46,628 nt of DNA from a virus (Duplodnaviria; Caudoviricetes). The stretch is from the IMG/VR virus record IMGVR_UViG_3300014613_000008, positions 1-46,628 of that record. The stretch is one strand, 5' to 3'. Numbering within the stretch: position 1 is the first letter of the stretch; each line of letters starts with the position of its first letter. Shown here in pieces: positions 26,881 through 36,700 of this stretch. Both the position numbers and the translations under genes were made by a program. The notes beneath the pieces are model-generated. The model was not told the DNA's origin. It did no database searches and was given only the letters and a program-made list of their open reading frames with translations.

Positions 26881-27893
26881 TTGACGCCAAGCGAATCGCA
26901 TGGTTGAAGGACAAGTTGCAAAGTTGGCCCAAGACGATGGCCTTCACGTCCGAGGACGCCGCTGACCTTGTCGCCCTGCTCAATGAAAAGGCGGACGAAC
27001 AGGCCGAGCCGGAGACACCCGAGCGGACATCGGGGCCGAGAGAGCGGCTGCGACAGATTCACAGCGCATTGGACGTTGCGCTTGGAGACACGGACCCGAG
27101 TTTCCCCGAGGATATTACAGACGACGAGATTCGAGACCAAGACCCGCTGTTCTGGGCAACGAAAGAATTAGCTGGCCTCATCGAATCCTCGCCAAATGGC
27201 GATAAGTCCAGCGGGGAACGGCCCTGCGCAACCGTGCCGAAACTTTCAATAACACACGGGGACGATGGCTATTGGCTTTGTATTGATTCCCCAAGCGGCA
27301 AACACGCGGGCATACACATAGAAAAGCGGCCGGAGATGACGATAGTCAACGCCGTTCTTGCTGAGGTGGCGATTGAGTTGGCGGGCGGGGAACAGGCCGA
27401 GCCGGAGAAGCCCGCCCCGCCAGCCAAGCCGTTCCCCGACGCCGAATCGTTGGAGACGCTGAAAGAAACCGGCGTCTACTTCGCCCCGCTCACGCCGGGA
27501 GAGGAGGCGCTGACGCCGAAGGGGAAGAAACTGTGCAAAGACCTCGACCGTATCATCGACATCTTAGAGGAACCTGACGCCGCTTTCCCCGCCGCGAAGG
27601 TAGAGACCGCCTTTGATTATCTTATGCTCCCACACCAGCCTGCCCCGACCACGGAGGAACGGCGGGAGATGGTGGTATGGCTTGATGCTATTGTCGGCGA
27701 TTACTACGAAACCCTCGAAATGGGTGAGTCACAAAAGCGGCACTATGACCGTATCCGCGCCCTCATCCTCTCCCCGCCGGAACCCGTCAAGGTGACGAGG
27801 GAGTGGGTGATTAAGTTTATTCGCTCTAGGTTCTTCAATCAATGCGAGATGCTCCGCGAGAAGGGCATCGTCGTGGAGGAGGAGGTAAGATGA
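26877..27893 (+). CDS. Mosaic hypothetical protein
   Basis: 338 aa with an internal 19-bp direct repeat (EQAEPE). Confidence 0.65.
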   Translation: MIDAKRIAWLKDKLQSWPKTMAFTSEDAADLVALLNEKADEQAEPETPERTSGPRERLRQIHSALDVALGDTDPSFPEDITDDEIRDQDPLFWATKELAGLIESSPNGDKSSGERPCATVPKLSITHGDDGYWLCIDSPSGKHAGIHIEKRPEMTIVNAVLAEVAIELAGGEQAEPEKPAPPAKPFPDAESLETLKETGVYFAPLTPGEEALTPKGKKLCKDLDRIIDILEEPDAAFPAAKVETAFDYLMLPHQPAPTTEERREMVVWLDAIVGDYYETLEMGESQKRHYDRIRALILSPPEPVKVTREWVIKFIRSRFFNQCEMLREKGIVVEEEVR

Positions 27894-28096
27894 AAAATTC
27901 ATTCTGTGACAAGGACTATTGGGCTGTCGTTGCAGACGACAATGACATGGCTTGGAACATTCGCCGGACCAGAACAGAGGTCATCAAGGCTTTCTGTGGA
28001 CCTGAGGAGGGGTATCAAGAACGCTGGAGGCGAGTAAGGCGGTGGTCCACGAATCCCCGTATTGTCCGAGTGACCGTAAGTTGGAGGCCCCGATGA
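27890..28096 (+). CDS. Hypothetical protein (68 aa)
   Basis: GGAGGAGG RBS, ATGA overlaps. Confidence 0.65.
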   Translation: MKNSFCDKDYWAVVADDNDMAWNIRRTRTEVIKAFCGPEEGYQERWRRVRRWSTNPRIVRVTVSWRPR

Positions 28097-28542
28097 CCAA
28101 GCCAAGCGAGTTTGACGCGGCGATACGTATTCTGCGGAAATATATTGGCGGTGACCCCGACGGCCTGAACAGGGAACTAATGGCCGCCATCGCCGCGCTC
28201 AAGGACTACGAGAAGGTCAAGGAAAACCTAGATAAAGCAGAGACAGCTTTCGATATCGTAGCATCGGATTTACAGCGAAGAGAAGCAGAGCTAGAAGAAC
28301 TAAAAGATGACCTACTCGACGCTCAGGGTGACGCCGCGAGTAGTGCGGTACAAGCTGATTCATTCGCCAAGATAGCCAACGAGAAGGAGGCCAAGCTGGA
28401 GAAGTTCCGGCCCCTAATCGAGGCGGCGGAAGGCGTATCGAAGCAGGATTTGGAGGACGACATTCGGTTTATGGACCAACCCGCCCTATTTGAATCTGTT
28501 GCCATCCTCCGCGCCGCCCTCAAGTGCCAGGAGCCGAAATGA
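28093..28542 (+). CDS. Coiled-coil protein, paralog B
   Basis: MTKPSEFDAAI...ALKDYEKVK; GGAGG RBS. Confidence 0.7.
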   Translation: MTKPSEFDAAIRILRKYIGGDPDGLNRELMAAIAALKDYEKVKENLDKAETAFDIVASDLQRREAELEELKDDLLDAQGDAASSAVQADSFAKIANEKEAKLEKFRPLIEAAEGVSKQDLEDDIRFMDQPALFESVAILRAALKCQEPK

Positions 28543-28802
28543 AACGCATCGTCTTCGCACGATCGCTGGCCAGCGGAATCCTGGGCGTGATCCTCTTCCT
28601 CTTCCTGGTTGCAGTTGGAATCAACGTGTGCGACGATAGGTGCAGCAGAAACCTTGACGTGGACGAGATCTCCCCGGAGGACGGATTCCAGCAGGAGACC
28701 CCGCTACGAAAGGAGAGGTCCAATGCCCTGGTTCGAGATCGTGATGGGGTGGGCAGCCCTGATCTTGCTGATCATACTCTTTTTTGGGGGGGGGACAGAT
28801 GA
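28539..28802 (+). CDS. Membrane-anchored small protein
   Basis: N-terminal TM helix; ATGA overlap. Confidence 0.55.
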   Translation: MKRIVFARSLASGILGVILFLFLVAVGINVCDDRCSRNLDVDEISPEDGFQQETPLRKERSNALVRDRDGVGSPDLADHTLFWGGDR

Positions 28803-29242
28803 CGGAAAAGACGAAGAAGAGGAAGTCATCCTCGAGGACCGGAAATCAGTATCAAGATTGGTGTGTCGAGATCCTAAAGGAGTGGTATCCCCGGGCGGTG
28901 ATCCACAACCAGAAGGCGACATCCAAGTTCCTCCCGTATCTCGAGCGGTGGGTGAGCCAGAGGAACGATATCCTCGGGTGCATTGACATCGTCATCATCG
29001 ACCACGACAACCTCCCTGGTTTCATCCAATGTACGTGTCACAAGTCGTTCGCGGAGAAGTTCAAGGAACTCGAGAAAGTCCCCTGGCCGCTGGACCACGT
29101 CGCAGTACAGGTCTGGATGAAGCGGGCGCCGGGGCGAACTGAGATCCGGTCGCTGGAGAAGGATCCCGTGGCCGGCCTGACGCTGAAGAAACTAGGTGAG
29201 ATCAGGATGCGGAAATTCTATCCGGAGGCGGAAGGTGAGTGA
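28799..29242 (+). CDS. PD-(D/E)XK nuclease, Holliday junction resolvase-like
   Basis: GNQYQ......L, DILGCIDIV, FIQCT. Confidence 0.7.
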   Translation: MTEKTKKRKSSSRTGNQYQDWCVEILKEWYPRAVIHNQKATSKFLPYLERWVSQRNDILGCIDIVIIDHDNLPGFIQCTCHKSFAEKFKELEKVPWPLDHVAVQVWMKRAPGRTEIRSLEKDPVAGLTLKKLGEIRMRKFYPEAEGE

Positions 29243-29250
29243 TGAGGAGC

Positions 29251-29910
29251 CTAAAAAATCATCAGGGCCAACGCTACCGCCCCTGCTACTACGATCCCAC
29301 CGGTCTTCCAATTTGATAGTCTTTCAAGGCGCACCACCCTTTTATCCTGCAGATTCAATCTCAATTCCACTTTGGCCAACAGACCTTTTGCCGCTGTTAC
29401 TTGGCCCAGATACTCGGTGGAGATTCGTACCTGTGCTTCATATTTCTCTGTTAAACTGAAAATGATCTTCTGGTCGTTCGCCCGCTGTTGCTTTAGGGTA
29501 AAATTTTCGACCTTCAGGCTGGCAATCGCCTCATCCTTGGCAGCGAAAGCCTCTCTCACCGTTGGGTTGGCATCAAGAACGGGCTGGATCTCAGCCGTGA
29601 GCGCGGCTGCCCGGGCCTCCGCTTCTGAGGTGTGAGCCGCGGCCGCGCCAAGTTCCGTCTCGAGGTTCGCGTTGACGAACATGAGGCTATCGATGTTCCC
29701 TTGGAGTTCTCCGATCGACACGAGTAAGGCATCGATCTTCTGGTTGGACATCCTTTCATGCTGCTCCAGGCCCTCCGTCATGATGACGATCTCCGTCCTG
29801 AGACTTTCGTTTTGTTGCCGAAGTTCAGCGGTCCTCCACCTCGAATAGAAGTGACCGCCTAAGGACGCGACCAAGATCCCGATGATGGCTCCGGTCAGGT
29901 ACTTTTTCAT
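29251..29910 (-). CDS. Putative spanin-like protein (TM - coiled coil - TM)
   Basis: Last gene of the lysis cassette; hydrophobic N- and C-termini around a long coiled coil. Confidence 0.55.
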   Translation of the reverse strand: MKKYLTGAIIGILVASLGGHFYSRWRTAELRQQNESLRTEIVIMTEGLEQHERMSNQKIDALLVSIGELQGNIDSLMFVNANLETELGAAAAHTSEAEARAAALTAEIQPVLDANPTVREAFAAKDEAIASLKVENFTLKQQRANDQKIIFSLTEKYEAQVRISTEYLGQVTAAKGLLAKVELRLNLQDKRVVRLERLSNWKTGGIVVAGAVALALMIF

Positions 29911-30155
29911 GAGAGCGGATCTCCTGTCTTTCCGTTTGTGATCTCGACTCTCTTGGCCTCGAGGCCGATCTTGTTGTTGGCATTTCGTTTGAGCAGATAG
30001 CCGGAGAACGCGGCCGTCAGGCCCGTAAGAGCCACGGCGAAAATGCTCACCACCTTGTCAGAGCCAGCGGCGAGGAGAACGAGGCCAAAGAACGAGACGA
30101 CGAAGAGGATCAGGGCTGCCCCCGAGTTGATAGAAACGCTGATTTTTAATTTCAC
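29907..30155 (-). CDS. Putative holin
   Basis: 82 aa, two TM helices and a charged C-terminal tail, next to the endolysin. Confidence 0.65.
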   Translation of the reverse strand: MKLKISVSINSGAALILFVVSFFGLVLLAAGSDKVVSIFAVALTGLTAAFSGYLLKRNANNKIGLEAKRVEITNGKTGDPLS

Positions 30156-30715
30156 TTTGCCTCCTTCACTTTCAGGTCCGCGTACGCCCGCCAGACCTTG
30201 TCGACATATTTCTGTTCATCGAGGACACCCACGTCGTCGGGGTTCTTGTAGGATCCTCCGTTGTATCGGGCTAGGGCGATGTCCATGGCCGACAGGTTTT
30301 CCCACTTGTACGGGATCTGGTCTGCCCACACCTTGTTGAGAAGCGCCCTGATCAGTTGAGCCTCGAGGAAGACGTTGGTCTCTGGGTCGTAGAGCCGTTC
30401 CGCGAACGCCTGGAAAGAGGAGTGGCCCATGGTCTGCCAATTCGGTGGCCTCATGCCCAGCGCCCAGGCCGTGGTGAAGAGGATCTGGGCCAGTCCGTAT
30501 GATGCGCTGACGATCGACGGATCCTTGTCGGCCCAGAACACATCCTTGGCCTTGAGCCTCTTGAACAGCGCCGGTTCATAGCGGTACGCCCTGGGGTTCC
30601 AATGGGATTCGACTTGGACAATAGCCTTCAGGGTGAACGTGTGCCTCGGCCCGAAGCGGTTTTCCTTTCCGGCCCGTTGAAAGATGTCGTCATACTTCTT
30701 CGTGTCGATCGCCAT
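30152..30715 (-). CDS. Endolysin, SLT lytic transglycosylase
   Basis: AIVQVES, SYGLAQI, LYDPETN, ALARYNGG. Confidence 0.9.
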   Translation of the reverse strand: MAIDTKKYDDIFQRAGKENRFGPRHTFTLKAIVQVESHWNPRAYRYEPALFKRLKAKDVFWADKDPSIVSASYGLAQILFTTAWALGMRPPNWQTMGHSSFQAFAERLYDPETNVFLEAQLIRALLNKVWADQIPYKWENLSAMDIALARYNGGSYKNPDDVGVLDEQKYVDKVWRAYADLKVKEAK

Positions 30716-30723
30716 GAGGTCTC

Positions 30724-33700
30724 CTAGTATCTGGTGCGTTTGGCCAGGAAGCCGTCCTTCTCGAGTTCTTCAACGAGTTTGCCAATGGCCTCCATCTCTT
30801 TCCCGATCGCTTCCATCCTCTTGTTCCGAGCCTTGGCTTTTTCATCGACTTGCCATTGAGGGGCGGTCGAGTTCTTCTTGAGCCACATATCGAAATCCGC
30901 TTTGGCGTCCGACTTCTGCTGCATGCGATCCTTGACGGCGCCGGCCATCAGAGCCATGGGGTCGACGTCCCACGTCCGGATCCCGGTGAAGAAATTCTTG
31001 ATCTCCTCCGGAAGATGCCTGATCCGGCCGTAGCGATCGGGGTTCTGGTTGTAGGCGTCGATGATTGCCTTGATCTGCGGGCCGGTGAGGATCCCGGGGC
31101 GCACGTTCTCGCCCGGGCCAAGATGACCCTTGATGACCCCACTTAGGTCAGGGATGGGCATTGAAGCCGGCATGTAAAGGTAGGCGGCGACTGCCGACAA
31201 TCTCTGGAAGAAGGTGTTGTACTCTGTCCCCCATTGAGGATCCCTGCCGGCGATGAGCATCGACCAGACGTCAAAGAGAGGGTGAGAGAAGAAGTCCGCG
31301 GCGTCCTTCATGCTGACGATGTCGCCCGTGGCCAGGGCTTTCCCGAATCGTTCGAACTCCCCGAACGGGTTGATGTAACTGAGGTCGAACACCTTCAGGG
31401 GTCCGTCCTTGTGCATACGGAAATAGACAAACGTGCCGTTCCTGCGATAGTCGGGATAGTACGACTCGAGTTGCCTGACCTTCTCGTCGTCGACGTCGAA
31501 GATCCGCTTGGAGACTTCCGACATGATGGACGGGAGAGCCAGGACTGTTGCTGCGGTGATCAGCCGGCCGAAGCCCCGCCCGCGAGTTCTGGGATTGCTT
31601 GCCTCTTGATATCCGCGTTCCGCTTGTTTCAGGATGATCGTCGCGGCGTTCCACCGGAAAGAGATGAACGGGCCAAGGAACGGCCAGCGGCGGAGGAAGT
31701 CCGCGATGAGCGGCAGTTTCCGGTAGTTCGGCAGCGCATCGTTGACTTCTGCCACGGACTCAACCGCGGACATCCCGCGATCGAGGTTATGGAGATGCGC
31801 CGCGACCCTGTACCAACTATCCTCGAAATTGTAGAACTCGCCCAACTTGTCGATCGGCAGGGAGACAGCGGCATCCCAGAGTTTTTCGTACCACTCGGGA
31901 TCATCGAAATTCATAATTTTATCGTGCATCCTGGGGATCTCGGCACCGTAGAACTGCGTCTCCGTGACGCCATGCTTGATCATCTCGGCCCACTCCGCCC
32001 GGTGGGTCGTGGAGAGGCCCTTGATGATCTGAAAAGCCTTTCCGTAGTATTTCCAATTCAGAGGATTGAGCAGACTATTCCGCGCCAGGACGGAGAAGAC
32101 GATGTTGCCTTCGAGGTTCCGCATGTGGGTCGGGTAGGATCCGATCGTCTTGGTCCACTTGAACGGGTTCATGACAAACTTCTGGATGACCTGTTCCATC
32201 TCCGACCGAGCGTAATCGATTTCCCGCTTTACGTACTGAAACAGTTCGGGGGCAACGAAGGCACCGCGGAGTTCGCCGTACGCATGATCGTCGGGGAGCC
32301 GCGAGTGGATCCACGATTCTGCCTTGTCCGCAGATGTCCGGATCTTCCTGGCCCGCTCCGGATCTTTTGTCCAGAGTCCGCCCGGGTTCCGCGGCGTGTT
32401 CTCCCCGTAGGAGTTGGCCAGCCAGGACAGGAACTTGGCGTTGTAGGCCATGGTAGCCTGTTTGGTGACTGTTTTCATGAGAAGCCAGGGAAGCCTTTCG
32501 ATTTCGCCGGCAAACTCCCTCCAGGCCGGAGAGAGTTCTTTGCGATGGATGTAACTTTCTGTCGGGATCCTCTTGGTCTTCTGCTTCCTGACCGGTCGGA
32601 TCCCCTCGTCGTTTCTGGCGTATGCGAGTTCGCCCTGGACGAAGGCCTCGGCTTCGTCGTCGGTCATCTGATAGCGGGTCATAAGATCCCGCTTGAAGGC
32701 GGCTTTCTGGGCCGTGGTTGGACTCCAATGCTTGTCCTCGAAGAGTCGATACGCCTTCATGAGGTACTTGCTCATGTTCCGCTGGAACGTCTCTTCCGTC
32801 TCGGCAGGGAGAGCGCCGTAGGTGACGATCAGTTCCGAAAGCCGATCGCTTCTGCGGCGGAGCCGGAGGAGGTTGTCCTTGACGTCCTGCGGGAGATGGC
32901 TGTTCATGATATCATTGTAGCCATTCCCGGTGATGTCGCCCGCGTAGAGATCCATCAGATAGTCGTTGACCGCGGCCGGCTGCTTGTCGAGCCACTTCCT
33001 CAGATTGTTGACATCGACTGTCTGGTCGAAGATCTCCGCCATCTTGGACCCAAGGCGCTCGTCATTCTGTCTGTCGATCGCAACGGTAGCCCCGCGGGTC
33101 CGGAAGAAAAACTTCCGGATCCACTTGGCCAACCGCCGCAGATCCTCTTCGTTCGGGACCGGGCCAAGACCGAGTTTGATCATCCGATCCTTCATCATCT
33201 GCTTGATGGCATCGCTATCCGTAAGTTGGGCAAGGAGATTCTGGAACGTCTCATGAGCCACGGACTTGGACATCCCCAGGCGCTTGCCCAAGGACGCGAA
33301 CGATTCGGGGCTTTGCATAAGGCGAGATCTCAGGATCTCGTTGTATCTCTCCTCGAGGACAACGTCTCCCCGGGCCGCTCTCTGGGCGACGGTGCGGAGG
33401 ACGTTGATGACACGGATCTCTTCGGATCCGAACGCCTCTTCTCTCGCCTCGAGGCCCGCGTACTCCGGCTCGGCTGGCGGCTTGCCCACCGGCCCGGTCT
33501 CTTCACCGAAAACGCTGGCTGCTTCGGGGAAGTCCGGTTGCGCTGCCGTTGTCAGAGCCTCCGAAGGAAGGACTCCCCTGGACCTCAAGCCCGCCTCCGG
33601 CCATTGGACCTCGGCGTGCTGACGTTCGAACGCGACCGCTCTCTCGCCGGAAGGCATCTCGCCTTTGAGGAAGTGCCGCTTGATGCTGTTGACGTAGTTC

Positions 33701-36700
33701 TCGAGCGGGCCGGTCGAGGGGTTGTAATGCTCCATCGCATAGAGCAGGACGTTCTGGCGGTTGTCTTGGATCTCCTCCGGTGTGTTCCCGACCCATTGGG
33801 TGGGGAAGTTCTTGCCCGTGGTTAATTTCGTGACGGTGTTGGCGATCTCTTCCTTCGATGGGCCAACGACCGCAGCGCCTTCGTAGAGCGGGGCCGCTTC
33901 CGGCATGGGGAGGACGCCCTGGGGAAGACGTTCACCTTCCCGGGGGACGTAGGCCGGCTCCGGGCGGAGCGGCGGGGCCTTCTCTTCGGGCGGGGCGAGA
34001 GCGAACGGTTCCTCCGAGACTACCGCGCGGTCTTGGCGAACTCCCACACCTGGCGGCTGACCTTCAGGAGCGCCTGGTGGACGGGGCTGTTCAGCTGCGC
34101 CCCTAGGGAGAGGCAAGCCTGTCGTGCGATCGAGTTCAGGACGGTCTCGATCCGCTGGCCTTCTGGCACCTTGTGGCCCTTCAGGGAAGAGTCCAGGTTG
34201 CGCCACGTCCCTGACTCGCCGGATGGCGTACTCGGGGGGATCTTGGCTTTGCCCATCTGCTCCTGGGTTTTCGGTTGGGACGCCTCCCTCTTGGTAGATT
34301 GGATCGCTGACATCGTTGACCTCCATCATGTCGAGATTAAGTTGCATTTGCGGAGCCGTGAGATCTCGCGCTTGGTCTGCCGGGATCTCCCGCACCATTC
34401 CAGACGACGATCGTGTGCGGGTTTTCTTCGGGAGCCGAGTTATCTTGACTGGTTTCCCGGTCACAACCTCTGCTATCCCAAGGAGATCTCCGAAGCGGTG
34501 GGCGACCGAGTTTAGGATCTCGGTAAATTTCATGTCGAATTTCTCCCCGTGGGAGTAGTATTCGTGCGTGAACTCATGAGCCACATATTCCATGACGGCG
34601 ACCGCGTAATTCGAGGGATTGGTAGCCCGCTTGGAGTCGAAATTGTAGAGGTTGTGGTTCAAGCCCAGGCGCCCACGATTCTCCGGAAGCCGGGAACGGC
34701 TCCCAGAGTATTCGGATGCGACAACCTTGCCCATGAGTTCCCTCGAGAGGAGAGCGTAGAGTTCCTTATATGGAGCGTCGGCTGCCTGATGGAAGATTTT
34801 CGCGACCGCATCGTAGACAGTCAGGAAGATCGCATTTTCTTCGCTGCCGCCAAGTTCCTGCTCGTACCCCTCGTCGATCTTGATCTTCATCGTGTGAAGA
34901 TTGAGAGGAAGGATCGACTTTCCGTCATCCGTTTTCAGCATGCGGATCAACTGCCTTAACTTTATCATGACCGGGTTGTTGTGGACGTTATCGAGGGTCT
35001 GCTTCCATTCCCCGCGTCCGGCCAGAATCTCTTCATTCGACTTGATCGCGGCCCTCATCGAACTCTCGGGATCCTGGGAAAGGCTGCGGACGATGTCGAG
35101 GACTTGCGAGTTCAGTTCTCCCGACTTGAACGACTGACGGTTGTCCGCCAGGGGATACTGAGGATCCTCGGGTTTGATCTTGGTGAGAATGTCCACGACG
35201 AGGAGGCCGCTGTATCCTTCATTGTACTGCCGCGCGATGTTCTGGATCAACCGGACTTCCGGCATGGTGGGGTGAGCGATCCGATAGAGGACGTTTCTGC
35301 TGAGATATTTCGAAACATCCATCCATCCCATGAGCGAGGGGAGTTTCAGTTCATGTCGCCAATATGCGTCCAGCTTGTCCAGCTCGGGAAGAGGATAGTA
35401 CATGATCTCGAACGTGATACCCTCTGCTCCCGCCGCTTCCTTTTTCACTCCCTCAATTCGGTCAAGAAGGTTTTCCTGTGGCCGCTTCAGCAATTCCTGA
35501 TCCAAGGTCTTGTCGAACTTCTCCGGGGCTTGCGCTTTCTCCCAGGTGAACTTGATCTTATCCTTCGGGACGCTGTTCAAGAGAACGTAGAGTGGAGCAA
35601 CTTCTGTCATGACATCCTGGTAGTATTCCTTGTTCGTCTGCTTTTCAAAGGGCCACGTGACGGAGAGTTTGGTCCCCTGGCGCTTGGGGACAGCCCTCGC
35701 TCCACCAGCCCTCTTGACGATCGCGGAATCGACATAGTTGTCCCGCGTCTCCAGCGACCATATCGTCTGTTCATGAGGCCCCAGGATGACCGCCTTTCCG
35801 ATTCCGAAATTCCCGATCGCACCCTCGATTGTCTTCCCTGTTCCGTAAAGAGAGAGGAAAACATTTGCGACATCCTCGTCGCTCATGCCTATCCCGTTAT
35901 CCTCGATTTCGATCAATCCGTCTCTGAATTTCAGGTGGATCTTACCTTCGGAGATCTCGCCGGATTTCAAGGCCATGATGACGGCGTCGACCGCGTTCTG
36001 CTGCGCTTCCTGAAGGGCCTTGTCTCCCAGGGCGACGTCACCGTATTTCGTAACCGCGGCGTTGTTCCAGGCGCGGACGGCATCGACCCTCATCTGCATC
36101 GGGATGGCCTTCTCTATGCCCAGGGACGGCCCCGTGGATTCGCCAAGGACACCGATCTCGCTCGGCTTCAGTCTGGCTCGATCCTGCTCGGTCAGTTTAT
36201 TCAGATAGAACTCGATTCCACCGTTGATCATGCCGGGGGAAAGGTCAGGGGCCTGTTTGCCCTCGAGTAGTTCAAAGACAAAATCTGATCCTTTTCCCAA
36301 ACGCGCAGCTTCAGCCAACTCGTCGAGGATTTCTTGCGGCGGACTTTCCAATGGGATGACGCCTGTCGCCGTCCCGTATTTCTCTTCGCGGAGATCTTTG
36401 ACCTGGGCGAACACCTCTCGCGGAAGGCCAAGGGCTTCCCTGGCATCGCGACCGATCCGCCCAGCCTCGCTCCAGGGAGATTCGTTATAGACGCCGTCCC
36501 TGATGAACCCGCCTCCAATAACCCTCTCCGCTGGAAGCCCTAACTTCTCGACAAGGAGGTAATGATTCGGCTCCTTCCCAAAATAGATCCCACCGTCATC
36601 GGTCCTGACGGCGGTGTAAAGACCCTCTTCGGGAATCTTCGGCTGGACCGGAAGCGGACGAGGCTCTGCCCTGGCAACCTTGAACGCTGGACCCTCTTCT

